64,000 nucleotides of DNA from Squalus acanthias (lineage: Eukaryota). Below are positions 1-11,290 of the stretch, piece by piece (the stretch's first letter is position 1; each line of letters begins with the position of its first letter). The stretch is from NCBI GenBank assembly GCA_030390025.1, contig CM059432.1:46130001-46194000 (forward strand), given 5' to 3'. The translations under genes were made by a program, and so were the position numbers. The notes beneath the pieces were generated by a model, which was not told where the DNA came from, did no database searches, and saw only the letters and a list, made by a program, of their open reading frames with translations.

Positions 1-116
1 CAATTGCCCAATTAAGTGAAAATTGCATCAGGCATCCACATTAATCTGGAGTCGGGGGGGTAACACGAAATGCGGATTACACGACCCCAACCCGACCCCA
101 AGACAAAATCCAGCCC
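1..116 (-). mobile_element. Terminal part of a non-autonomous PIF/Harbinger-type MITE, family C (TIR GGGCTGGATTTT); cut by the window edge
   Basis: Ends in AAAATCCAGCCC; nearly identical to 52142-52257 and similar to the reverse complement of 5979-6095. Confidence 0.8.
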
Positions 117-723
117 ATAGAATATAAGAGCAGGGAGGTTATGCTTGAACTGTATAAAACATTAGTTAGGCCACAGCTAGAGTACTGCGTACAGTTCTGC
201 TCACCACATTACAGGAAAGATGTGATTGCACTAGAGAGGGTACAGAGGAGATTTACAAGGATGTTGCCAGGACTGGAGAATTTTAGTTATGAGGAAAGAT
301 TGGATAGGCTGGGGTTGTTTTCTTTGGAACAGAGGAGGCGGGGGGGAGACTTGATTGAGGTGTATTAAATTGTGAGGGGCCTAGATAGAGTGGATAGGAA
401 GGGCCTATTTTCCTTAGCATAGAGGTCAATAACCAGGGGGCATAGATTTGAAGTAAATTGGTAGAGGATTACAGGGGAGTTGAGGAGAAAATTTTTCACC
501 CAGAGGGTGGTGGGGGTCTGGAACGCACTACCTGAAAGGGTGGTAGAGGCAGAAACCCTCATCACATTTAAAAAGTACTCGGCTATGCACTTGGAGTGCT
601 GTAACCTACAAGGCTACGGACCAAGAGCTGGAAAGTGGGATTAGGCTGGATAGCTCTTTTTTGGCCGGCATAGACACGATGGACCAAATGGTCTTCTTCT
701 GTGCTGTAAATTTCTATGATTCT
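117..723 (+). mobile_element. CR1 LINE 3' fragment (ORF2 C-terminus and 3' UTR), decayed
   Basis: LYKTLVRPQLEYCVQF, LERVQRRFTRMLPG and RGDLIEVY motifs; premature stop at 366-368; tail TTTCTATGATT. Confidence 0.9.
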
Positions 724-1192
724 TTGGATATCTTTCATTTTGATAACTTTATTTTTATGGGACATTTCAGTAAGTTCCCCCTTAATTTTGTATCTTATTC
801 TCTTCTCTTTGTTCACTTCAGCTGACATCTGTAGCCAAGGGGACAGGCATATGGTCTGCTGCCAGTGCTGCCTTTAGCTTGCTGCCACAAAACACCAGAT
901 ACTGTTTTTAGTGAAGCCCTTGAGCCTATACTTTACAGTCAGATATATCCCACACACTTTGTTGTGTTTCCCCTCTCAAAACAGGAATTCGCTTTTTGGT
1001 TTCCCTACATTAACATAAATACACAGAATTAACTACTTGAAATCTTTCAAAATATGCTAGCAGTAGCCTGCTTCATTTGCCAATTTTCTGCCTTTTTCTC
1101 TCCGCTCTCCTGAAGAAAGGTCTACCAGCACTTAACATCCTTCCGGTTCCTCACCCAATTAATAATTCTTCATCAGTGAACCTACACAGTAA

Positions 1193-2200
1193 GGTCTCAA
1201 TTTTAACCCCACTTGGCCAGCAAGATTGTTGCGTGGAAGGGGTTAAAATTAGACCGAGTAGACTTACTGGCCTGAAGTCACTCCGTTCCCACCCGATGCC
1301 ATTTTACCTTCATCGACTTTCAGGCTACAGGCCGGTAGGGGCCTACTTCACATTCAAAAGTTGTGGCCTGATGACGTAACTGGCGCTGCGACGTAATCTT
1401 AACCAAAAGTAGGAGAGTCCCGCACTGTCTGCGGCCTGGTAGCAGAACCATGGCGGGAAGTGTTGACTCACCAGAAGAGGCCAAGGTGAGCTTTAAAAAA
1501 CTACTTCTGGCAGAACCCCTTGTGGGCCAGGAGTAGCAGGCGTGTTCTCCCCAAGGCCCGTAAGGTGTTCTTGGGCCTCACCAGCCTCGGCCTCCCTTTG
1601 ATTGCAGGGGAATCCCCCCACCCCCGGATCCCAGACCCTTCCTCCCACTGACTGCCGGGTGTCGAGCGGGACTCTGGAAACTTTTATTTTAATGAGGCCC
1701 TGCCGTTAAGATCGGCAGGGCCTCGAAGTCCCCGGTCTTTAAAATTCTCATCCTTGTTTTCAAATCCCTTCATTGCCTCACTCCGCCCTATCTCTGTAAT
1801 CTCCTCCAGCCCCACAACCCTCCAAGATATCTGCACTTCTCCAATTCTGGCCTCTAGAGCATCCCTGATTTGAATCGCTCCACCATTGGTGGCAGTGCCT
1901 TCAGCTGCCAAGGCCCTAATTTCTGGAATTCCCTCCCTAAACCTTTCCGCCTCTCTACCTCTCTTTCCTTCTCTAAGACACTCTTTAAAACCTACCTCTT
2001 TGACCAAGTCTGCCCTAATATCTCTTTATGTGGCTCGGTGTCAAATTTTGTTTGATAACGTGCCTGTGAAGGGTCGTTTTACTACGTTAAAGGCGCTATA
2101 TAAGTATGTTGTTGTTGCTGTTGTTGTTGACCCTCCAGATGCAACAACCACTTTGGGGCTAACACGCACCATTCTTGCCCCTTCTTTTAAAATCAGGGCC
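1193..2200. mobile_element. Old Harbinger-type non-autonomous element with an L2 fragment inside
   Basis: Imperfect TIR GGTCTCAATTTTAA ... TTAAAATCAGGGCC, flanked by TAA on both sides (1190-1192, 2201-2203). Confidence 0.6.
1735..2130 (+). mobile_element. L2-clade LINE 3' end
   Basis: FKILILVFKSL...APPYL, GGSAFS..GP.FWNSLP, FSKTLFKTYLF; 3' end AAAGGCGCTATATAA followed by (GTT)n. Confidence 0.8.
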
Positions 2201-2204
2201 TAAG

Positions 2205-2408
2205 TATCTGCATCAGTTGCATGGTGGAGAACATCACAACTGAGCCTGGTCCTGTTCTCATCTGACATTCATAAATGTGCATGTTCCAGCTGGGATTATT
2301 GGATCCTGATCAGAAGTGGGAAACCTGGTTAACTTTCCTCCACTCGAGCCAAGGGCATTGAGACCAATTGCACCCCAGCTGCTGAGATTAGTTAACTTAG
2401 CACAGACT
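2205..2408 (-). repeat. Old SINE-like interspersed repeat; related copy at about 45975-46160 (+)
   Basis: The two regions are collinear and similar (GTCTGTGYTRAGTT...GTGC..CAATT...CTGAT...ATCCA...CTGGAA). Family name not assigned. Confidence 0.45.
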
Positions 2409-2848
2409 CCTGAAAGTGAAGGTGAGCGGCGAGAAGCCAGTGGAACAGATAACTTGGCCAATATTCTGTCCCCCACCTGCTCCAGATCTACCTAGAATTA
2501 GAGTGGAAAATCCCTGCACTATGGTCCTGGATCACAGCATGTAACTGCCCTGTGACTGATTGTAGAACGTTTGCCACCACTACCCTACCTGGGAGAGCAT
2601 TTCAGGTACTAAACGCTGCTTATGTGATGAAGTGCTTTCTGACATCAGAGGAGGGCTGGGGCCGATTAGGGACCAAAAAGGAGACATACGCATGGAGGCA
2701 GAGGACATGGCTGAGGTACTAAATGAATACTTTGCATCTGTCTTTACCAAGGAAGAAGATGCTGCCCAGGTCACAGTGAAAGAGGAGGTAGTGGTGATAC
2801 TGGATGAGATAAAAATTGATAAAGAGGAGGTACTAGAAAGGCTGGCTG

Positions 2849-4995
2849 TGTGAAGGAATAAGCCATATTCAGAAAAATACAACATTCTATGAAATAATTC
2901 TGGCCTTATTGTAACATGACAAACTGGGCTTGAAAATTTAAAAACCTAACAATGGAGAAGCTGTAAACAGCATACAGGCTATTGAGATAACATAAGTTGT
3001 TGACACTGAATCAATAACCTTATTGAAACAGGAGGTTGGAAGCTCCTGAAGTCTGAAGCTTTGGAAAGAACACAATGGTACACCCTGTTAAGGTGTCCTA
3101 AATTACACTTTGGAAAGGAACACAGAAAACACAGGAGACACGATTCTGTGTTGCAAACAGCTGAGGTAACTAAGAAGACAATGGTGCACCCGGTTGAGGT
3201 GTTTTTAATTTACACGTCGTAAAAAGACACAAACAGAAGACCTTGGTAAGAATGACATCAAATAGATGCATCTGCTGTCACACCGTTTTCATGATAAGCT
3301 TCGAACACCTAAAAGTAGAGACATGGGGGGAGAAATTCAGTATCGCCCCATTTGGGGCGCAATTATCGGCCGGGCGCAAAGATTAGCGCCTGGCGCTAAT
3401 TATCGCCACCGACTGCAAACTTGACTTTTATCGCCCCTGGAGGTGATTGGAGCGCTAAATCAGGCGCTTCACACCTGTCTTAAGGCGCAAAGGCAGAGGA
3501 GCGAGGCGCTACCTCAGAGCGCTGGCAAAGCTCATGTGATGTCAGTCAGCAATGGAACACACACACAATGGCACGGGACAGTTCTTAAAGGGGATGGTTG
3601 ATCTTGCTTTCCTTCCACATCCTGCTCATTGCAGCCTTGAATCTCGGCATGGAGAGACCTGCACATCAAATCTGCTGTAAAGAAAAATGGAGAGTACCAG
3701 GGAAAGAGCTCAGAGTGCAGCCCCCACAGTCTCTTCTAAATCGATACAAGGAATGGCAGATTTAAAATGAACCTGCAAAGTGCTGCTCAGTACCCAAAAC
3801 TCCTTCACACAGCGTTGAATCTCTCCAGAAGTCTCTCTCTCTCTCTCCCTCTCTCTCAGAATGCGTGGTTCAAAAATGGCACCAACAATAAAAGGCAGGA
3901 AGCGGTCGCCTTTAAATAGCGCTCCCCCAGTCCCTTCATGACTGCAAAACGCTCCCCTCAACCTGTCGTTGCTAGCGTCAGGCGGTAAGGCAGGGGGCGC
4001 CACTCAATATCCGCTCCAGGGCGATACCGGGGCGTTGCGCACTCGACTGACGTCACGATCTGCCAGCGCAGGAGATCGTGGTGGTAGTGTTTAGCGCTGC
4101 CGCAAAATGTCTAGTTAAGTTCGCGAGCGGCGCAAACATCGCAGCGCCTGGGTGCCAGCTGATTTGCGCCCCATTAGCGCCCTCTTAAGGCGCTAACGGG
4201 AGGCGCAACCAACTGAACTTTTCCCCCATGATTCTTAATGCTACCAGCTAAACTGACTGTAAGAATAGCAGGGGTCAGCAGAAAAATGACTAGAGATAAT
4301 TAACTTACATCAGCAGAAAACCTCAAAGGACATGCCACTGAAAAAGGATATAAATATTGAACTTTTAAATGGGATGATAGATTCGCTGTAAAGGGGCACA
4401 GCGATTCTCAGGCTTCAGAGGCAAGCTCTGTAAGTCTACAACTTTTTGTACCTTGGGGATCAAAGGTATCAAAGGTATTTGATTTTGTTGGATATCCTGG
4501 AATAAGACTAAGAAATGTAAAAATGTAACGAAGTTAAGAGTTGAGAATAAGGATCTCTGATAATAGAATTGTAAGATTTTTGTTTTTGGAACTATTAATG
4601 TTGCAATTGAATCACCAACTGTAAATTACATGTCGGTTCTTTAATAAATCTATATATTTTTAGAATTGTCTCACATAATACTTCTGTATCAAACTCGCAA
4701 ACTCAATCTCTGTACGCTCTTTGGTGAGGAGTTGCGGAATTCTGGGAGAGTTTTCCAGACCCTCATAATATCCGGAACGTTACAGTCTAGCTAAACTTAT
4801 TAAAAGTGCTATCTGGAGGATGGTAACATCTTCAGGTTGTTCCTTTCCTTTAGGGAGAGATAGTCTGGACCTTTAGACCTAATTAAGCGTCTTTAGGATT
4901 CGGCTACCTCAAACTTTAGTTGAAAGTGAACGTCTGGGGAATACGCCTGATCCGGGGTGGCCCTAAAGGGGCTAGGACTGGTAATTATCCCTTCA
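2849..4995 (+). mobile_element. Solo LTR (~1.24 kb without the MITE inside it), from an ERV or Gypsy-type element
   Basis: TGTGAAGG...CCTTCA ends; 4-bp TSD GCTG/GTTG; TATAAA near 4349; AATAAA near 4643; imperfect direct repeats at about 3070-3240; no coding sequence. Confidence 0.7.
3326..4227 (+). mobile_element. Harbinger-type MITE, family A (~900 bp)
   Basis: TIR GGGGGAGAAATTCAG...CTGAACTTTTCCCCC; TSD ATG; close match to 25829-26721 and to 30663-31553 (reverse). Confidence 0.88.
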
Positions 4996-5978
4996 GTTGT
5001 ACTTAAAGTAGTAAGTCACCAGGACCGGATGGGATGCATCCTAGGATGCTGAGGGACGTTAAGGTGGAAATCGCAGGAGGTACTGGCCATAAGTTTCCAA
5101 TCCTCCTTGGATACAGGAGTGGTGCCAGAGGACTGGAGAATTGCAACTGTTAAACCCTTGTTAAAAAAAGGGTGTAAAGATAAACCCAACAACTGCAGGC
5201 CTGTCAGTTTAACCTCGGTAGTGGGGAAGCTTTTAGAAACGATAATCAGGGACAAAATTAACAATCACTTGAACAAGTGTGGATTAATTAAGGAAAGCCA
5301 ACATGGATTTGTTAAAGGCAAATTGTGTTTAACTAACTTGATCGAGTTTTTTGATGAGGTAACAGAGAGGGTTAATGAGGGCAATGCGGCTGATGTGGTA
5401 TACATGGACTTCCAAAAGACGCTTGATAAAGTGCCACATAATAGGCTTACCAGTAAAGTTGAAGCCCATGGAATGAAAGGGACAGTGGCAGCGTGGATAT
5501 GAAATTGGCTAAGTGACAGGAAACAGAGAGTAGTGGTGAATGGTTGTTTTTCGGACTGGAGGAAGGTATACAGTAGTGTTCCCCTGGGGTCGGTACTAGG
5601 ACCACTGCTTTTTTTGATATATATTAATGACTTGGACTTGGGTGTACAGGGCACAATTTCAAAATTTGCAGATGACACAAATCTTGGATGTATAGTGAAC
5701 AGTGAGGAGGATAGTAATAGACTTCAAGAGGACATAGACAGGCTGGTGAAATGGGCGGACACATGGCAGATGAAATTTAATGCAGAAAAGTGCGAAGTGA
5801 TACATTTTGGTAGGAAGAATGAGGAGAGGCAATATAAACTAAAGGGTACAATCCTAAAGGGGGTGCATGAACAGAGAGACCTGGGGGTATATACGCATAA
5901 ATCATTGAAGGTGGCAGGTCAGGTTGAGAAAGCGGTTAAAAAGCATACTGGATACTGGGCTTCATAAATAGAGGCATA

Positions 5979-6732
5979 GGGCTGGATTTTGATACTGGGG
6001 CGGGTTGGGGTCATGTCATCTGCATTTCGTGTTATCCACCCGACTACGATTGGATGTGGGAGATTGATGCAATTTTCACCTAATTGGGCAATTGAGTTCC
6101 AGCATGTGGGAACCCATGAACCAATTAGTGGTTTCAGTCTGAAAGTCGCCTCTGATGATGTCATCATTGCTGCTGCATTGCAGGTCAGAGACTGCCTGGC
6201 CTTTGCTGTGAGAGGACCTGGACAAATTGAGCAGCATCTCTAAGGGGAGAGAGAGAGAGAGAGAGAGAGATTTTTTTTTGCATCCAGGTCCTCTCACAGC
6301 AAATGCCCGGCAGTCTCTTAAGACATTCAATGCAGCAGCATCAGAGGCGACTTTCAGACCTAATACTACTACTACCTTCATCACATCTCCGTTGTAATAG
6401 TGGACCTGCAGCTGATAGTCAGCTATCCAAAGGTGCTGCCGCCAGGTTTCACAATCGTGGTTCAGAACAGGCGTGCTTCACGTAGATCAAGGGTTAAAAT
6501 CACAAAGGCCTTTCAAAATGGCATTATAGAGCCAATTTAGTGCTTGTTAAGGGCCTTAACATCCTATCCCGCCTCTTAAAGGTGGGACGGAGTCGGGACC
6601 AGCAGACACGATTTAATGAAAATTGCGTGGAGGCGGGATGAAGGCGGACTTGTGCCCGCCCGCCAGTTTTCGCAATTTTAACCCCCCACACGCCTCCAAA
6701 CCCGCCTCCACGGGTCAATGAAAATCCAGCCC
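5979..6732 (+). mobile_element. Harbinger-type MITE, family C
   Basis: Perfect 12-bp TIR GGGCTGGATTTT/AAAATCCAGCCC; TSD ATA; interrupts the CR1 at the RGIEYK codons. Confidence 0.9.
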
Positions 6733-7374
6733 ATAGAGTACAAAAGCAAGGAAGTTATGATGAACCTTTATAAAACACTGGTTCGGCCTCAACTGGAGTA
6801 TTGTGTCCAATTCTGGGCACTTCACTTTAGGAAGGATGTGAAGGCATTAGATAGAGTGCAGAAAAGATTTATGAAAATGATTCCAGGGATGAGGGACTTC
6901 AGCTACGTGGATAGACTGGAGAAGCTGGGGTTGTTCTCCTTGGAGCAGAGAAGGTAGAGACTAGATTTGATAGAGGTGTTCAAAATCATATTATGTGCCT
7001 AGACAGAGTATATAGAGAGAAACTGTTCCGATTGGCAGAAGGGTCGAGAACCAGAGGACACAGATTTAAGGTGATTGGCAAAAGAACCAAAAGCGACATG
7101 AGGAAAAACTTTTTTACACAGCGAGTGGTTAGGATCTGGAATGCACTGTCTGAAAGGGTGGTGGAGGCAGACTCAGTCATGGCTTTCAAAAGGGAATTGG
7201 ATAAGTATCTGAAGGAAAAAAAATTGCAGGGCTACGGGCAAAGGGTGGGGAAGTGGGACCAGCTGAAGTGCTCTTGCAGAGAGCTGGCATGCACTCAACG
7301 GGCCGAATGGCCTCCTTCTGTGCTGTAACCATTCTATGATTCTTCTATGATCAGTCCTAAACTTTCTTTTTGAA

Positions 7375-7765
7375 AGATAGAAAGACTTGCATTTATATAG
7401 CGCCTTTATGACCACCGGACGTCCCAAAGCACTTTATAGCCAATTAAGTACTTTTTGAAGTCTAGTCATTATTGTAATGTAGGAAACGTGGCAGCCAATT
7501 TGCGCACAGCAAATTGCCAGTTTATATCTATGTGTGGAGTAATTTGAAAGTTCTCCTTGTGTCCTGACCAACATTCTTCCCTCAACCAATGCCACCAAAA
7601 GCAGATTACCTGGTCACTCATTCATTTACTGTTATGGGACCTTGCTGTGTGCAAATTGACTGCTGCATTTGCCTACATAACAAAAGTGACTTTACTTCAA
7701 AAGTAATCCATTGGTTGTAAAGCACCATTGAATGTCCTGAGGACAGGAAAGGTGGTTTATAAATA
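7375..7765. repeat. Two Deu-type SINE 3' fragments in opposite orientation (about 7375-7515 -, older 7555-7765 +)
   Basis: Both match the 3' half of the full SINE at 29455-29922. Confidence 0.7.
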
Positions 7766-8314
7766 TTAATAGGTTATTTTGGCCAAAGGGTTAAAATAGG
7801 CCCTAAATGGATGCTGTGCTAATAAGAAACACCTGTTTGAAAGTCCGGATTTAGCATGCAATTTTCGGCCTAATTGATGATTTTCATGATTTGAACATGC
7901 CTGCAGGCGCTAACCAGAAACCTGCAGGTTAGTACTCAAGTGCTGATTAGACGCAATTTTCATGGTGCTTTATGTGTAGCCTGCACTCATCCACTTCTGC
8001 TGAAGGTGTGCAGAGTGATGGCTGGGAGTGGAAGGATGTCGCAAGAAATTTAATGACTTGACATGAATGGTCAAGGTAAGATCCCATCTCACAAACACAC
8101 TTCTCAATAACTGCACCACCACCACCAGCATCACAACCTCAACACACTTCATCCACCATCTGTCTATACACTGACATTCACACACCCCACACTATTGCAT
8201 CCTTCACAGAAGCTACTCACACCTCAGACACATCTCACAGCTCTTCAACCATGTGAGGCACCACACACACACAAATATACCTGCCAATACACGCATTCAC
8301 AATCACCACTCTTT

Positions 8315-9105
8315 GGGGGGAAAATTCAGTTGGTTAGCGCTGCCCGTTAGTGCCTGGCGGGGGCACTAACACAGCGCTGATGCAATAGTGCCGGGGCGAG
8401 GTGAATCCAGCACCGCACGCCAAACCCCTGTAGTGCCGCCGCTACAGGTTACCGCCGGGGACCTCAGCGCCAGGCAGATCGTGACATCAGTGAATGTGCG
8501 GGTGCCCAATCTGCAAAATTCATTGTCGCCCCCTGCCTTAGCGCCTCACCCCAACAGCAACAGGGAGAGGAGGCGTCATGCAGGCGGATGCCAGCTCCAG
8601 GGATGCTATTTAAAGGGATCATGAGTAATGAGTCGCAGCTGTCAGGTTAGCGCTGTTACACTGTTTCCTTGTCAGTTTGACATTGTGCAACTGTTTAATT
8701 CAGTCATTTAAAGGTTGTTTAGTATCAGGAGTGTTGTGGCTACTAACAATTAGTTACATTTACTCTCACAACATATCAAGGTGCTACACTTGGTTACATT
8801 AATGGGGGCTGTACTGGCAGCAATAATGAGAATGAATTTCTGCAGCATCAATGAACCTCCCCTTTAAGAACTGGAAAGAGCCTCAGGCAATGATGACTTG
8901 TGATAAGACAGCACCTGATATTGGTCAGTGTGTTGAATTTAACGATACTGAGCTAGGCCATTAGCATTTGTATTAACACTCCAATCCTTTATTTGTGCAA
9001 TGAGACTTAATTTTGCGTGCAGCCTGAAGTATTAGCGCCTGGCACTAATTCTCAAACTTTTCAAAAGCTACCGCCCATTCCTGGGCTATAATGAATTTCA
9101 ACCCA
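8315..9105. mobile_element. Harbinger-type MITE inside the Myb-gene intron
   Basis: GGGGGGAAAATTCA...TGAATTTCAACCCA; TSD TTT; left end related to the family A/B terminus. Confidence 0.65.
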
Positions 9106-9770
9106 TTTCTCTTCCAGGCAAAATTAGCACATAATACGTGGCAGCAGGAGCTGACCGGGCATGGGGAAGCACAAATTCATGATATTACTCCCCTTGAGGA
9201 GGCAGTGCTGGCCGTGATCGGGAGGGGAGTGGCAGACCCCGTGGCCAGAGGCAGAGCAGGGGACATCTCGCATAGAGGTATGTAGCCACTGCAGCTTCCT
9301 TGCAGATGCTGAACGATTCCTGATCCCTTATCACCTAAAGCTATCCTCACTCCCAACGTCCACATTGTCTCATCACACACATCCTCCTATAGTGGCCACA
9401 TTCACTGCCCCTTGACCAGCTTTAGCATTGCAGGCTCCCAGGAGCAAGATGTACCTCACGCCGTGGAGCAGGTTCTGCAAGAGCAACAGTCACGTCGCCC
9501 CCGGAGGAAGAGGAGGAGGAGGAGAATGAGTACAAATGCACTGCGTCAATGGCTACCACTGTCGCAGGCACCCCCGGCACCACGTGCAACTTAGAGGCTA
9601 GCTTAGAAGAGGGATCGTTACAATGGGATGCACCGGGCACTAGCGTGGGAAGGGACATGACAGGTGCCACCTTTCTGGGGGGCAAGGTCGTATACTAGTT
9701 CTGCTGGAGAGGAGTCAGATAGGGCCTCGCTTCAGAAGAAGGCTGATGGGTTTGACAAGCCAAATGCTTG

Positions 9771-10213
9771 ATAGAAACATAGAAACATAGAAACATAGAA
9801 TCTAGGAGCAGGAGTAGGCCATTCGGCCCGTCGAGCCTGCTCCACCATTCAATACGATCATGGCTGATCATCCAAATCCAGTACCCTGTCCCTGCTTTAA
9901 TCCCCACAGTACACATATCCCATCCTACCCCCGTAACCCCACGTATTTAATTCCCCCTAACATATTCCATCCTATCCCCATAACCCCACATATTTAATAC
10001 CCCCCTAACACTAAGGTTCAATTTATCATAGCCAAATCAACCTAACCCGCACATTTTTGGACTGTGGGAGGAAACCGGAGCACCCGGCGGAAACCCACGC
10101 AGACACGGGGAGAATGTGCAAACTCCACACAGACAGTCACCCGAGGTCAGATTCGAACCCGGGTCCCTGGCGCTGTGAGGCACCAGTGCTAACCACTATA
10201 CCACTGTGTTGCC
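9771..10213 (-). mobile_element. tRNA-derived V-domain SINE (HE1-like) with a CR1-derived 3' tail
   Basis: Minus strand: A box TGGTATAGTGG, B box GGTTCGAATCT, V domain GGAGTTTGCACATTCTCCCCGTGTCTGCGTGGGTTTCC..., tail matching the CR1 3' UTR at 25718-25825, ending in (TTTCTATG)n. Confidence 0.85.
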
Positions 10214-11149
10214 TGATGCAATAGTGATGCAATAGAGAGCCTGCCTGAAAGCCTACGGGTCGTGGCTAGGCGGGGTGGAGGAGTCCGCCTCCACCTTGGT
10301 CCGTAGATGGACGCAGAGCCTGGAACCCATCCTCTCCAGCGTGGAGACGCTGGTGACTTCCAGCCAGTGACCTGTGGAGCCCGACATCATGCAGCGTCTG
10401 ATGACTGAGGTCGCAGCTTCCACTGCAGTCACTGCAGCTTGCATGGAGCGGCACACTGCTGCAATGGAAGCTCAGGCAGCTGCCACGGTGGCTCTGGGCT
10501 CCTCGGTTGAAAAGGGCTTGCAGAGTGTCTCCGATGCCCACAGGTGTGTCCTCCACCAGGTCACTGGGCGGACTGTACAGAGGCAACTGAGGTAGTGGCG
10601 GGGGAATCATGCAGCAACAATCTACTGGCCTCTCTCCAGATACCAGCATTGCTGCTCCCTCCCCCGACACTCCAGCATTGCTCTTGCCTGTTAGCCAGGT
10701 GGCCCAGACTGCTGAAGCCTATGCTGAGATGGTGCAGTCTGAGGCGGGGCCATCACAGCCCACAGCCTTTTGAGGGAGTCCCAGGAGGACATCTGAACTG
10801 CCTTCTTCAGATTCTGAGCAGCCATCCACCTCGCCTGCTGCTGCCACTGGGGTTGCACTTCGTACGAGCACTAGATTATGCAAGAGCATTTATAGATAGC
10901 CACGACAGGTAAGCACCAGGGTGAATAGTTTAATATTTTTAAGTAATGTTGGTTCTGTCATATTTACATATTTTGTTTCTGATGCATCTTAACAGTGATT
11001 ATGGTAATTGGGAAGTGGTGGCATTGGTGGTCTTTTTTCATGTGATCGTCATGGGGAAGGTGTTGAAAGGATTGAATGCAGATGATAGACTGCCTGATGG
11101 ATCCTAAGTCGTGGAAGGTACTTCATGTGGCCACAGTGCTCTGGAGTCT

Positions 11150-11258
11150 GTAAATGGAGCACGTCTCTCAAAAGCACTGTGCAATTAGATGGTGGCAAGC
11201 ATCCTTTCCAGGTGCGGCCCGTCTACACGGAAGCCTCTGGTGCTCCTCCTGGTCCTCC

Positions 11259-11290
<32 letters not shown>

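Larger units (their letters stand above)
2640..7350 (+). mobile_element. 5'-truncated CR1 LINE in three pieces (2640-2848, 4996-5978, 6733-7350), split by a solo LTR and a MITE
   Basis: Collinear ORF2 motifs [38 protein letters not shown]...[19 protein letters not shown]; the sequence rejoins when the inserts are removed. Confidence 0.92.
8025..10910 (+). pseudogene. Harbinger Myb/SANT-like DNA-binding protein gene, intron-containing, decayed
   Basis: CRKKFNDLT*MVK followed by donor GTAAGA (~8075); acceptor TTCCAG at 9117, then AKLAHNTWQQELTGHGEAQIHDITPLEEAVLAVIG and donor GTATGT; further exon-like segments after TTGCAG (~9433) and at 10240-10900. Confidence 0.7.

Noticed and set aside
10140..10213. 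tRNA gene (also at about 29850-29922)
   Set aside because: The tRNA-like heads run directly into SINE bodies.
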